DNA of 64,000 bases from a virus (IMGVR_UViG_3300042878_000903:45969-109968); one strand, 5' to 3'. Positions 30,464-40,974 are shown, numbered from the stretch's first letter. Numbers and translations are program-made. Notes: generated by a model from the letters alone, not told the origin.

Positions 30464-32269
30464 CTAGACGTCAAAAGATCTTGTGAAGTAGGCTGTGTTG
30501 TCTAGGCCAGTAGCACTTTCTGAGAAAGTTATACCTGGGTCTTGTACGGTAAATGAATTTTCTGAGCAATACAGCTTATAATTCTTTAGAGCCTCTGGGG
30601 CCGTAAATGGGGTTTCATAAAATGCTAAATTGCTATAGGTATTAGATCCACCATATTCCGACCCGCTCTGGTTCTGATTTAATTTAATATTTGTAGCGCC
30701 TGCGTTTAGTACTATTAAAATGTGATGAGATACTCCGCTTAATAAAAATTGGGATACGTTGGTGGATGTAGTTCTATTTACTCCATTTACATATATTGCA
30801 CTAATTCCATTTTTTGTTATTACTCCGCTATTTGTCCAGCTTAGAGAAGCTGAGGCTGATGAGAATAAAATATTTTTTCCTTCTCTTGGAGTAAAAAACA
30901 TCTCTATTGTTCTTGGATGTATTGGGAGGTCTACTGAAAAGCCGTAACCAGATTGCATAGTCAATCCATTATATTTATTTTGCATTCTTACTGGGTAGTT
31001 ATAATAACCCAATGAATAGTCGTAGTCTGAATATATTTTGCCTCCACCATTATCAGAATAAAAATCTTTATTTGAATATAAGTCAATTTCTAATTTATCA
31101 AAGAAAGGGAGGTCAAAAGATGAATCTAGGGTAGTCATTGTTACACGAATGTCTAGTATTGGACCAGATAGGTCTTCATTTTTATTATAATATGGAAGAG
31201 CAGAATTGTTTTTACATACTACCCATGGCTGCCCTGGAACTTTAGCTTCTACTAAAATATTTTGTACATCTTGGCCATAAGATATTCTAGAAGAAACAAT
31301 GTTTTCTGGGTTTGGCACATAAAGTCTTTCTTCAAATACAAAGGTTTTTGTTTCTACTAATTCTGTTTGGGCAAATTCTATTCTTTTATAAGTTGGATTA
31401 TAATATGCATCTCCCGAAACTATAGAATCTAAAGATTTAGATCCAGGATATCTATATGAGACTGCTGGTTTTAAAAATACAGAATTTAATGAAAATAATA
31501 TACCGTTTTTAGAATAAACAATTTGTGAATATTTAGTCTCTTTATACCCAGCTAAATAATGTGCTAAAATTTTTGTGTCTTCTATTTCATAATTATATAC
31601 TGCTGCTGAATCTACTAAAAATCTTTTACCAGTATTTGCTGGACCAATTTTAGGAGTCATAACTGCATTTGTAAATTTAAAGCCTGCCGTAATAAATTTT
31701 TCAGAAGCCAGAGATCCGTTTATGTACAAAGATATTTTATCTTTAGAAAATATTCCCACTATATGCATTACTTTGGTCTTGGCCACTTTAGACCATACCT
31801 TTTCTTGATTTGTGCACTTAAATATTACATTTTCATTTTTATAAAATAGGCCTATATTATTTGTTGCATCTCCAATGATTAAGTATTCTGATAGGTCAGA
31901 AGGATCTGGACTAAACCATATTTCAAATGCGAATGGATTGTCTGGGCTTTTAGAATTAGCAATCCCTAAAGCTTTTAAAGATAGATCAACGTTTTCATTA
32001 ATTTCAGTTCCTCTAATACCAGATCCTACTATTGGAATAACTTCCATATCCGAAGCATCTATCGCATAGCCTTCCATAGAATTTCCAGAATAGTCTACAA
32101 TTGGAAGTCCGCTAACTGCTGCATATGAAATTCCATTATCTTTTAAATCCTGATAGGTAGAATATAATGAAGTTAAGTTACTATATAGACCAGTCTCTCC
32201 AGAACGAACCTCATCTAACAAAAAAAATGCAAGTGGGTTATCTTTTAAGACAGTATATTTATATGACAT
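30464..32269 (-). CDS. virion protein with LamG/concanavalin A-like domain
   Basis: SY...VLKDNPLAFFLLDE, FAFEIWF, HIVGIF...LYING, I..HY. Confidence 0.7.
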   Translation of the reverse strand: MSYKYTVLKDNPLAFFLLDEVRSGETGLYSNLTSLYSTYQDLKDNGISYAAVSGLPIVDYSGNSMEGYAIDASDMEVIPIVGSGIRGTEINENVDLSLKALGIANSKSPDNPFAFEIWFSPDPSDLSEYLIIGDATNNIGLFYKNENVIFKCTNQEKVWSKVAKTKVMHIVGIFSKDKISLYINGSLASEKFITAGFKFTNAVMTPKIGPANTGKRFLVDSAAVYNYEIEDTKILAHYLAGYKETKYSQIVYSKNGILFSLNSVFLKPAVSYRYPGSKSLDSIVSGDAYYNPTYKRIEFAQTELVETKTFVFEERLYVPNPENIVSSRISYGQDVQNILVEAKVPGQPWVVCKNNSALPYYNKNEDLSGPILDIRVTMTTLDSSFDLPFFDKLEIDLYSNKDFYSDNGGGKIYSDYDYSLGYYNYPVRMQNKYNGLTMQSGYGFSVDLPIHPRTIEMFFTPREGKNILFSSASASLSWTNSGVITKNGISAIYVNGVNRTTSTNVSQFLLSGVSHHILIVLNAGATNIKLNQNQSGSEYGGSNTYSNLAFYETPFTAPEALKNYKLYCSENSFTVQDPGITFSESATGLDNTAYFTRSFDV

Positions 32270-32272
32270 GTC

Positions 32273-33385
32273 TTACTTCTCTTCTAGGGCTTTGACTCTC
32301 GCTGTAAGCTCTTGTACTGCTTTAATTAATGGTGATATAAATTGATCGTACCTAAGTCCTTGCATAGAATCTTCTTGTGACATATCCATTTTTACCCAAC
32401 CAGCAAAATCCCCGACACCAGATTCATCTAAGGCTTGTTTTACTTCTTGGGCAATAAGTCCATAATGTGTTCTTGATCCAGGAATAGAAACTATGTCTCC
32501 TTCGACAACTTCTTTGCCGCCTTCAACGAACTTATATTTTACGGGATTTAAATTATTTATAAAGTCAAGACCAAGCGGGGATGTAGCAATATCAGTTTTT
32601 AATCTTTCATCTGAAGTATTAATGGTTCCAGTATTAGAGTATATTGTTTTCCAAAATCTATTTGATGAAACTCCATTTGGTACATCTGTTGGCTGACCTA
32701 TTGAATAAAGATTGTTTGCAAAAGGATACCAGTTAGAATTTACTCCGTATCCAGAAGATGTTGGTATGTTTAAACTTATTGTTGTTGGAATTGGGTCAAT
32801 TGTTGCGCTCTCTCCAGGAATACCTTGAGGTCCAGTTGCGCCAGTTGCGCCAGTTGCGCCTCTTGGTATTGTAAATGAAAAAATAGCATTTGCTGTTGTT
32901 CCAGTATTTGTTACCGAAGCATTTGTTCCAGCATTGCCAGTTGTGGTTGTTCCAACAGCTATTGTTGCTGGGCCTTGTGGACCTACTGGTCCTTGTATGC
33001 CTTGTGGACCTTGAGGGAGAACTAAATTTAATGTTTGTGAAGGGCTGGTTCCAGTTATTGTTGCACTAGCAGAACCTCCCTCAACAACCGTTCCAATATT
33101 TAAAACATTGGATGGGCCAGGGCCACCAATAATTCCATCAACACCTCTTGGTAATGTTAAATTTAATATAGCATTAGATGCAGTTCCTACATTAACAACT
33201 GATGCTGGTGTAGCCGCACTAACAGTAGTTACTGTACCCACCGCTAACGTGCCTGAAGGGCCCTGTGGGCCTGGATTAGCGGCTATAAAGGTTGCAATGT
33301 CGGCACCAAGGTTTCCAAGGTCTCTAGGGACGTCTGGGGTGTCTGTATAGTCTGGAAATCTCCAGCCATTTACTCCTGTACTCAT
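32273..33385 (-). CDS. collagen-repeat tail fibre with peptidase S74 chaperone
   Basis: GPQGPQGIQGP and GATGATGATGPQG Gly-X-Y runs; TSDERLKTDI...GLIAQEV...RYDQFISPLIKAVQEL. Confidence 0.85.
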   Translation of the reverse strand: MSTGVNGWRFPDYTDTPDVPRDLGNLGADIATFIAANPGPQGPSGTLAVGTVTTVSAATPASVVNVGTASNAILNLTLPRGVDGIIGGPGPSNVLNIGTVVEGGSASATITGTSPSQTLNLVLPQGPQGIQGPVGPQGPATIAVGTTTTGNAGTNASVTNTGTTANAIFSFTIPRGATGATGATGPQGIPGESATIDPIPTTISLNIPTSSGYGVNSNWYPFANNLYSIGQPTDVPNGVSSNRFWKTIYSNTGTINTSDERLKTDIATSPLGLDFINNLNPVKYKFVEGGKEVVEGDIVSIPGSRTHYGLIAQEVKQALDESGVGDFAGWVKMDMSQEDSMQGLRYDQFISPLIKAVQELTARVKALEEK

Positions 33386-33405
33386 TTTTTTATTATACCA
33401 CCTAT

Positions 33406-34056
33406 CTATTTAATATATATGTGTGCTGGGCTCATGTATCTAATGCCAGACACAATAGGCTTTACTTCGTGAATATATGGCTCTTGTGATGGGAACATTA
33501 TTAGGCTTCCAGCTTTTGGTTTTATAGTAACATTGTGATTTGGGAAACTAATTTCTCCACCCTCATAATCATCATTAACATATGCCACTAAAGAAAATGC
33601 TAAATCCTTGTTGCCATCCTGTCCATCAAAATGTGGGCCCATTGATTGTCCTTCATTCCAGGCTTTTATTGGTATGCGATCAAGACTTAAATTATATTTA
33701 TTTCTATCTAATTTTCTAGCGTCTAAATATCTATCAGTACACATTTGAAAGGCCATCAAAAAACTATTGGCAATATAAAGAGTTTTTTTATCTACTATAT
33801 CTGATCCAGTAGTTGTTTTTAACGCAGATCTATTTATTGTTTTTGTTTTACCATATACCAGACTAGAATCATTGCTTGCCGTCCAATTTTCCCATTTGGA
33901 TATCCTGGAATACGACTCTGGCTCTTCGTCTATTTTGTCTATAAAATCTTTTAAATGTTCTGGAAAGCTTAATGCATTTTCCCAGTACCAGATATCTGTT
34001 CCCAAAATTTTAAGATCAAACATTATAAACTGCTTAAACTCTACATTATTTTGCAT
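33406..34056 (-). CDS. prolyl-4-hydroxylase-type 2OG-Fe(II) oxygenase
   Basis: HFD...YVNDDYEGGEI.F...HEV...R. Confidence 0.88.
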   Translation of the reverse strand: MQNNVEFKQFIMFDLKILGTDIWYWENALSFPEHLKDFIDKIDEEPESYSRISKWENWTASNDSSLVYGKTKTINRSALKTTTGSDIVDKKTLYIANSFLMAFQMCTDRYLDARKLDRNKYNLSLDRIPIKAWNEGQSMGPHFDGQDGNKDLAFSLVAYVNDDYEGGEISFPNHNVTIKPKAGSLIMFPSQEPYIHEVKPIVSGIRYMSPAHIYIK

Positions 34057-34057
34057 G

Positions 34058-34810
34058 TTAGCCCTCTACTTCTGATGCTGGATACACTTCTCCACGGGGG
34101 GTTATTCTTAATCCTTTATTTCTATAGTCTTCCCACTCAATAGCCTCATCTGCTTGCATTGCTCTAACCTCAGCAAGCTCTGCCGCCCAAGCATCTCTAA
34201 CTTCTTGCGGGTAATCACTTTCTTCTCTATCGTCCCAGAATGATCCTAGAGTATATCTAATAGATTTTTTAACTGTGGTAACTTCGTGCATGTTATGGAA
34301 TCCTCCAGCAAATGTTACTAGAGTTCCAGTTTTTGGAACAATTGTTAATCCATGCTTAAAGTTTAAAATACCATCTTCAAAGTCATCGTTTAAATAAAGA
34401 AAGGTTGCATATCTACTTCTAGTAAATGCTCCTGAAACTCCATCATTAGAAGTATTGTCTGAGTGCATATTTGCAAAAGCTCCTGGTGCCCATCTTTGAG
34501 AGTGCCAGCTTATCTGCGACATTTGTGCTGAATCTTTTCCAGCCATATCTGCAGTAGCATCTATAACTCTTTGTCTAAGATCTACAAAAAAATCTCCTGG
34601 TAAGCCACAGGCAATTGTGTCTGGGTCATTTAGCTCTGGAGTGCCTGATGAGTATGACTCATAAAATGAAATTGGCATCCACTTTAATTGTTCTTTTTCC
34701 ATCTTAATAGCTAGAACATCAATAATTGATTTACATTCATCTGGGGTTAAAAAATTGTCATATTGCACAATATCTGGCTTGTGTCTAGTTATAACCATAT
34801 CTCTTTCCAT
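34058..34810 (-). CDS. prolyl-4-hydroxylase-type 2OG-Fe(II) oxygenase
   Basis: YDNFLTPDEC, HSD, YLNDDFEDG, HEV...RY. Confidence 0.88.
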   Translation of the reverse strand: MERDMVITRHKPDIVQYDNFLTPDECKSIIDVLAIKMEKEQLKWMPISFYESYSSGTPELNDPDTIACGLPGDFFVDLRQRVIDATADMAGKDSAQMSQISWHSQRWAPGAFANMHSDNTSNDGVSGAFTRSRYATFLYLNDDFEDGILNFKHGLTIVPKTGTLVTFAGGFHNMHEVTTVKKSIRYTLGSFWDDREESDYPQEVRDAWAAELAEVRAMQADEAIEWEDYRNKGLRITPRGEVYPASEVEG

Positions 34811-34812
34811 AA

Positions 34813-35712
34813 TTACATCATTCCTTTTTCTGCTTTAGCATCAGATGGGACACCAAATTCTTTAGCATCAAATGGGACACCAAATTGTTTTTCATCATAT
34901 GGGACACCAAATTGTTTTTCAACATGTTCCTCATATGTAACTGGAACTCCGTCATTAAAATAAACCATGTTTCTTTTATCATCGTATTCAATTCTTTGTT
35001 GCTCCATTTTTGCCCACTTGTAAGCACCAAATTTTCTTTGGTTTGCAAGCCATTCTTCTGTGCCATTATGAGGAGTCATTATAAAGTTTCTAACAAAAAA
35101 TTTCTCATTGCTGTTAATTGTTTTTACCCCATGATAGTATGGCTCTGTTGATGGAAATACTAAAATATCTCCAGCCTTTGGCTTATGATTAATAAATTGC
35201 CCATCAATATAAAACTCTATATCTCCGCCATCGTAATCATCATTAATATACATTGTGCAGGTAATTGAAAATTTCTCCCCAGGCATATCTTTTTGTGATG
35301 TTATGTGATCTGTATGATATTGCATTGTAAGCTTACTTTTAAGATTATCAACTCCTGCATGATATTTAGAATAAGATGATCCGCTAAAACGCCAGCCTTC
35401 TGGCAATTTTATATTGTGTCTTTCTATGTAGTCCGCTATAACCTTACTATATGCCGATTCAACTTCTTCAACGAATGCCTTTTCTTTAATAAACATTTCT
35501 GTAGATTGAATTTCTGCAGAAACTTCTCTCATATCTTTTTTCTGAGTATACGTTCCAAAATGGGCCCAAGGATCCCAGGTCTTTAAAAAATACTTTCCTT
35601 CTGAAGTTTTTTCTGAAGAATTCATGACTTCATATAGTTGTGCTGGATCTTTTAAAACATTTCTATAAACATCAACTTTTGGGTACAGTTCTATATAGTC
35701 TAATTGGCTCAT
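34813..35712 (-). CDS. prolyl-4-hydroxylase-type 2OG-Fe(II) oxygenase with C-terminal 9-aa repeats
   Basis: HTD, YINDDYDGGDI.F, HGV...K; start at MSQLDY (ATGA overlap). Confidence 0.88.
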   Translation of the reverse strand: MSQLDYIELYPKVDVYRNVLKDPAQLYEVMNSSEKTSEGKYFLKTWDPWAHFGTYTQKKDMREVSAEIQSTEMFIKEKAFVEEVESAYSKVIADYIERHNIKLPEGWRFSGSSYSKYHAGVDNLKSKLTMQYHTDHITSQKDMPGEKFSITCTMYINDDYDGGDIEFYIDGQFINHKPKAGDILVFPSTEPYYHGVKTINSNEKFFVRNFIMTPHNGTEEWLANQRKFGAYKWAKMEQQRIEYDDKRNMVYFNDGVPVTYEEHVEKQFGVPYDEKQFGVPFDAKEFGVPSDAKAEKGMM

Positions 35713-36386
35713 GGTTGTTTTTCTCCCGTATGTTTTTGTATCGTCCAAAAGAATGGAGATGTAAATCTATTTCCAGAGATTACTGGACGTACTCCATGTG
35801 TATAATTCATATCACCTGGAAAAAAATATGCTGCTCCTGCAACTGGCTGAAATTCAATTCCGTGCTGTGGGAAATATAATTCTCCGCCTTCATAGTCATC
35901 GTTAAAATAAAATAAGCCAGCCAAATCATACCAAGGAAAATCATTTGCTCTTCCTTTTTCTGGGCCAGAATGAAATTCTTTATCTGCATGCGGCTCTTGT
36001 CTGGCACCAACAGGCCATCTAACAATTGCTGGACCAGTTTCTTTTGCATCAACATTAAAAAATGCATCTACTTCTATTTTAAGTCTTGCTATCATGCTAT
36101 AAATTAATTCTAATATCGATGGGTCTGACGCCATTAAAGAATTGTAGGTGCAAACTCTATTTTCCCAAACTGTGTGGTCATATAAAACTAGGCCATCGGC
36201 ATCTCTATGGGTTTCTGTTATGTCCCAAATTTTATTATTAAGGGAAAAGTCCATCAATCTTTTACGCTCTTCTATTGTAAGGAAATCTTTTATTTCTACT
36301 ATGTTATTTATGGAATTACCAAAAAATCCAGACGGAGTAATAGATTTTGGCTTTTGATCTTCTGTCCATTGGTTTGCTAGCTTCAT
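35709..36386 (-). CDS. prolyl-4-hydroxylase-type 2OG-Fe(II) oxygenase
   Basis: HAD, YFNDDYEGGELYF, HGV...R. Confidence 0.88.
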   Translation of the reverse strand: MKLANQWTEDQKPKSITPSGFFGNSINNIVEIKDFLTIEERKRLMDFSLNNKIWDITETHRDADGLVLYDHTVWENRVCTYNSLMASDPSILELIYSMIARLKIEVDAFFNVDAKETGPAIVRWPVGARQEPHADKEFHSGPEKGRANDFPWYDLAGLFYFNDDYEGGELYFPQHGIEFQPVAGAAYFFPGDMNYTHGVRPVISGNRFTSPFFWTIQKHTGEKQP

Positions 36387-37111
36387 TTATCTATTATATC
36401 ATTTCCCTTGTTTAATTCATGATTGACTTTAAGCCTAATAGCTTTTACTTGATGACCGCCTAGGACATTTTTAAGGTGATCTACAGCATCTCTATAAAAA
36501 TTAGACCAAATTGCTTTTCTGTTTAAATCGTAAATAACATTAGAATACTCGTTAGAGTCAAATTTAGGGTCTGGCAAAGACTCTACTTTATCAAAATTTA
36601 TTTCTGAGTTTTGTAAAGCCTCTAAATCTATTGGTAGTATAGCAATTATTGGTGTTCCTGCTTTTATGGTAATAACTTCGTTTGGTTTAGTTATCATCCA
36701 GGCACATGGCAATTCTCCTCTAAAAAATGATGTACTCATTAAGGTTGTAAAAGGAACGGCACCGTCAATGAATAAATTTGGAACTGGCATAGATAGAAGA
36801 CTTAAATTTTCTTCAGTAGAAAACATTAGGCCCGTATTAAAACTTACTGTTCCATTAGCTCTACCAGAATAAGCATACTTTTCACCAGACAAAATTTTAA
36901 CGTGATCTGGAGTGCTGTCTGTTACGCCATCCCATATAAAAGATATATCTTCTGGAAAAGATATTCCCCAGCCAAGCTGGTTAGTGAGTCCTACTGGAAA
37001 ACATTTATATGCATGAGATTCCCAAGTATTATCCATCCAATCTCTTTTAATTGAAAGAGGAAAAACTTCTCCGTAACCATTTCTTATTGTATAGGCTTTA
37101 ATTTTATGCAT
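36383..37111 (-). CDS. DUF6065-like protein
   Basis: RDWMD...HAYKCFPV..TNQLGW.I..P...WDG motif. Confidence 0.65.
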   Translation of the reverse strand: MHKIKAYTIRNGYGEVFPLSIKRDWMDNTWESHAYKCFPVGLTNQLGWGISFPEDISFIWDGVTDSTPDHVKILSGEKYAYSGRANGTVSFNTGLMFSTEENLSLLSMPVPNLFIDGAVPFTTLMSTSFFRGELPCAWMITKPNEVITIKAGTPIIAILPIDLEALQNSEINFDKVESLPDPKFDSNEYSNVIYDLNRKAIWSNFYRDAVDHLKNVLGGHQVKAIRLKVNHELNKGNDIIDK

Positions 37112-37817
37112 ACGAGTTTTTGCCAGTTTTTTCATCTTCTACTAACCATCTGGCTCGTGCTTCAAAAAATTCTTGTCTGTGAGCATGATCATTATAATCA
37201 AGCATTGTTACAATAGAAAACTTCATGCCATCTTCTACTGGCATTGCTCTATGCGAAAATAGATAGGTAGATGGGAAAATATATAAATCGCCAGCTCTTG
37301 GCTTAATGTTTAGACCTAATTTAGGAAAAAATAAATTGCCTCCTGCATAATCGTCATTTACATAAGCAACTAATGATACTGTGGCACTATATGAAAATCC
37401 GTGGTCGGCATGCTCTTGGAAGTGTTGTCCTTTGCCGTATCTAATACAGTTCATAACTTCCCAATAATTCATCTTTACACTATATTTAGTACAATAATCT
37501 TGAACTGCTACATCCTGTGCTTTTTTTAAATCAGACCATAAATCTGCAACTAGTTTCTGGGTTTCATTGACTGGATTAATTATCTCTCCAATTTTAATAT
37601 CTTCACAGTCTCTATATGATGGTCTTTTTTCACTATACCCAACAAAACCAAATGTCCAACTGTATCTGGAATCTGCCTCTTTATCAGCAGAATTTCCTAT
37701 TGCGTTTAATCTATTAATAACGTCTAAATCTTTTTTAATTACATCTCTGTATACCCACACGCCTGGGAAAAGCTCTTCCTTTGAAGAAAATCCATATTGG
37801 TCATTTATAGTAGTCAT
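37104..37817 (-). CDS. prolyl-4-hydroxylase-type 2OG-Fe(II) oxygenase
   Basis: HADH, YVNDDYAGG.L.F, SHRA.PV..G.K. Confidence 0.88.
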   Translation of the reverse strand: MTTINDQYGFSSKEELFPGVWVYRDVIKKDLDVINRLNAIGNSADKEADSRYSWTFGFVGYSEKRPSYRDCEDIKIGEIINPVNETQKLVADLWSDLKKAQDVAVQDYCTKYSVKMNYWEVMNCIRYGKGQHFQEHADHGFSYSATVSLVAYVNDDYAGGNLFFPKLGLNIKPRAGDLYIFPSTYLFSHRAMPVEDGMKFSIVTMLDYNDHAHRQEFFEARARWLVEDEKTGKNSYA

Positions 37818-37856
37818 GCCTTTATTGTATCATTTTGAATTTACAAATACAATAGC

Positions 37857-37891
37857 AAAAAGAGGGGGGCATTGTGTGCCACCCCTCTTTT
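37857..37891 (-). terminator. terminator after FN3-PPFF-Hint gene
   Basis: AAAAAGAGGGG...CCCCTCTTTT hairpin. Confidence 0.65.
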
Positions 37892-37899
37892 ATAGATAT

Positions 37900-39105
37900 T
37901 TAAGCTATTACTAGGAAGGAATTAACGATAAACCATGGATTTGGAGATGTTCTAACATCGTACACGGTAGATTCTGTTTCACTCTTTTCAACTGAGGTTA
38001 CTGGAGTTCCTTGGACTAGTCCATTTGAATCTACTCCTATGATTATTTCTCCTATCTCAATTTCTCCTGCATTCTTATAGGTAATACCATTTGAGGTTTT
38101 TACAAATAACGGCTGGGTTTCTGAGTAGTCTTTACCTCTGTAATTAAATCCAATTAGCTTTCCAGTTTTTTCTGTTATTGAAATAACTTCTGAATTTGTA
38201 AGCTTAACTGTTGATTCTAAATGTCCAGATGTTTTATTTGCGGTTATAGATTCAAGATTAATATTAGAGTTATCAACTGTTATTACTTGATCTCCAATTT
38301 TAATATCTTTAGCTTTTACCCATCCAGTATTGGTGAAAATAACTGATTCTGGTGATAAACACTTACCCTTAAATCCTGGTGGGGAAAAGAACCCTGGTGG
38401 GGCAAAGAACCCTGGTGGGGCAAAGAACCCTGGTGGGGCAAAGAACCCTGGTGGGGCAAAGAACCCTGGTGGAAAGAACGGTGGAAAGAACGGTGGAAAG
38501 AACGGTGCTTGAGTTGTAATTTCCGCTGTATTTGCTGAAGCTGCTGACCGACCATTAGCATTATCTGCATAAACATTATAATACTGAGATGTATTAGCAG
38601 TATCATTGATGGTTATACTTAGGGATGCTGTATTTCCATTTGTTCCATCATTACCTGCAACATAGTAGTTAGTTATTGCGGATCCACCATTTGCTGGCTC
38701 TGTCCAAGTAATTGTGTTTTGGTTAACTCCTGCAGTTGCGATTGGGCTTTGTGGAGCTTGAGGTACGGTTGTTGCAGTAATGCTATTTGAGGCAGCAGAT
38801 GCTGCACCAGTTCCTACTGCATTTGTTCCCGTTACCGTAAATGTATATGCTGTATTTGATTGTAAACCAGTTACAGATATTGGAGAAGATGCTCCTGAAG
38901 CAGTATACGATCCTGGAGAGGATGTTACTGTAAAGGATGTAGCAGCAGGTGAATTTGCTGGCAAAGAGAACGTTACGTCGGCCCGTCCATTGTTATATGC
39001 ACGACCAGATGGTACGTTTGTTGCTGTTACTGACTCTGGTGCCCGTGGCTCCAAAAAGTCATTTGATGCCTGTGCCTTTTTACCGAATTTCTTACCTACT
39101 GCCAT
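37900..39105 (-). CDS. FN3-domain protein with Pro/Phe repeats and C-terminal Hint domain
   Basis: Two FN3-like domains; (PFFP)3-(PGFFAP)n; C249 LSPESVIFTNTGWVKAKDIKIGDQV...VYDV...WFIVN. Confidence 0.8.
   Translation of the reverse strand: MAVGKKFGKKAQASNDFLEPRAPESVTATNVPSGRAYNNGRADVTFSLPANSPAATSFTVTSSPGSYTASGASSPISVTGLQSNTAYTFTVTGTNAVGTGAASAASNSITATTVPQAPQSPIATAGVNQNTITWTEPANGGSAITNYYVAGNDGTNGNTASLSITINDTANTSQYYNVYADNANGRSAASANTAEITTQAPFFPPFFPPFFPPGFFAPPGFFAPPGFFAPPGFFAPPGFFSPPGFKGKCLSPESVIFTNTGWVKAKDIKIGDQVITVDNSNINLESITANKTSGHLESTVKLTNSEVISITEKTGKLIGFNYRGKDYSETQPLFVKTSNGITYKNAGEIEIGEIIIGVDSNGLVQGTPVTSVEKSETESTVYDVRTSPNPWFIVNSFLVIA
38374..38507 (-). repeat. 12-nt and 18-nt coding tandem repeats (PFFP, PGFFAP)
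   Basis: cggtggaaagaa x3 and ccctggtggggcaaagaa-type x5 on the + strand. Confidence 0.95.
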
Positions 39106-39138
39106 TTTGAATCTCCTTTTTAACTATTTAAATTTGTA

Positions 39139-40974
39139 TTACGCCATCAAGTCGCCGTAGACAACCCATGTATTTGCTGCTCTCTTAAAGAGAGTACAAG
39201 ATGACCAGGTTGTACGAAGCTTTAGGCCAGGTGTTGCGTTAACTGTAACTGTTCCTGATACTGGGGCAATTGTTACTTGTCCAGCTCCAGTTTGAAGAAT
39301 ATCAATAGATGTTCCGATTGGGAAGTCTAGAGTTGCGTCTTCTGGTATTGTTAAGGTTAGAGGTGATCCTGATCCCATTTCGATTAGATCATCTCTTTCA
39401 GTTAGTGATGAAAGTGTATATGATGCTGTTTTTGCAACGATTGGTGTTAAAGAATCTACCTTTAATCCAAGGCTGGTTGTTACTGATGCTGCAAAGTTTG
39501 CGTCATCTCCAAGTGCTTGAGCAAGTTCATCAAGTGTATTCATTGCTGCTGGTGCACCAGATATAAGTGCGCTTACCTGTGATGTTGCGTCTGCAATTGC
39601 TTCAGATTTTGCTGTTGCGATTGCTGAAGACTGTGCTGTTGATACTGGCTTATTAGCATCAGAAGTATTGTCAACATTTCCAAGTCCAAGTGTTGCTGGT
39701 GTTACTGCTGCAACCTCTGACTTAAGTGCTAGAAGTGCTGTATCTGCAATTCCATGAACATTTGTAGTGTCTGCTTCATGGGCTGAAAGAGCGGTAGCTG
39801 CTGCTGTAATTTGTGTTTGAACTGATGATGTAACTCCATCTAGGTATCCAATTTCTGTTGAAGAAACTGTACCAATTGATGTTGTACTTGGAAGAGTTAC
39901 TGTACCAGTAAATGTTGGTGAGGCCAAATCTGATTTAGCTGCAAGAGATGCACCTAGTCCAGAAATTTTGTCTTGGTGAATTGCTGCAGTAGCACTTACA
40001 TGATCATTTGTAATTTGAAGATCTGCAATTTTTTCTGCAGTTATTGCATCAACTGCAATTTTATCTGCAGTTACTGCACCATTTAGAATTTTTACTGTAG
40101 ATATTGCATCGGTTGCTAAATCTGCTGTTTCTACAGAGCCTGCAGGAAGTGTTACTGATCCTGTTACTGTTAAGTTAGTTAAGCCGATATCTGTTGCTGT
40201 AAGGTTTCTAAGCTCAAGATCATCTAGGCCTCCTTGGCTAAAATTAATTGTAGTGGTTGGTGCATCGGTTACTCCTGTAAAGAGTTTCCATTTATTAGCA
40301 GATGCATCTCTTGCAAATCCTGTGTGATTAGCAACTCCATCATTGTGTTTAGCTACAAATCCTAGATCTAAAGCATTTCCTGCGTTGGTTGATGCTAATG
40401 CAATTAGTGGATCTTCTGTTGTAAAGTTAGCTGTATCTAATGTTACAGTTGTTCCATTAACAAAAAGATTTCCAGCTAATGTTAAATTTTCTCCTGATAT
40501 GCTTCCACTTGTTGAAATATCTGTTGCTAGTCCTGTTAGCTTTAATTGTGCCTCTGGAACCTTAATGTTTCCATCAAGTGAAGCAACACCATTTGCTGAT
40601 CCACGATCTGAATTCTCTAAGTATGTGCTTGCTGTTGAATTTGTAAGTCCAGTTACTGCTGCATCAACATAGGCTACTGTTGCTACTACTGCTGAATCTA
40701 CAGAAATTGTAATTGTATTTGCGCCATCATTATAAGTCTTTGTTAAACCTGCACCCATTGTAAGTGCTGTATTGATTGCGTCTTGTGAAATTTCTCCAAT
40801 TTCAGGTGCATCTGCTGCTACGTAAGAAAGGGAATTCCATGCGGTGGATCCATCTCCAACTTTAATTTTTCTAGTGTTTGTTTCAACGCCTAGCTCTCCT
40901 GCTGCAAGTATTGGATTTACTCCAGACCAGTCTGTTGCTGATCCTCTTCGAACTTGAATTCTTACTGTTGACAT
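39139..40974 (-). CDS. tail fibre with Mtd-N-like N-terminus
   Basis: RIQVRRG...W...NPILAAGELGVET...KVGDG; GLGNVDNTSD; C-terminal W.VYGDL. Confidence 0.8.
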   Translation of the reverse strand: MSTVRIQVRRGSATDWSGVNPILAAGELGVETNTRKIKVGDGSTAWNSLSYVAADAPEIGEISQDAINTALTMGAGLTKTYNDGANTITISVDSAVVATVAYVDAAVTGLTNSTASTYLENSDRGSANGVASLDGNIKVPEAQLKLTGLATDISTSGSISGENLTLAGNLFVNGTTVTLDTANFTTEDPLIALASTNAGNALDLGFVAKHNDGVANHTGFARDASANKWKLFTGVTDAPTTTINFSQGGLDDLELRNLTATDIGLTNLTVTGSVTLPAGSVETADLATDAISTVKILNGAVTADKIAVDAITAEKIADLQITNDHVSATAAIHQDKISGLGASLAAKSDLASPTFTGTVTLPSTTSIGTVSSTEIGYLDGVTSSVQTQITAAATALSAHEADTTNVHGIADTALLALKSEVAAVTPATLGLGNVDNTSDANKPVSTAQSSAIATAKSEAIADATSQVSALISGAPAAMNTLDELAQALGDDANFAASVTTSLGLKVDSLTPIVAKTASYTLSSLTERDDLIEMGSGSPLTLTIPEDATLDFPIGTSIDILQTGAGQVTIAPVSGTVTVNATPGLKLRTTWSSCTLFKRAANTWVVYGDLMA

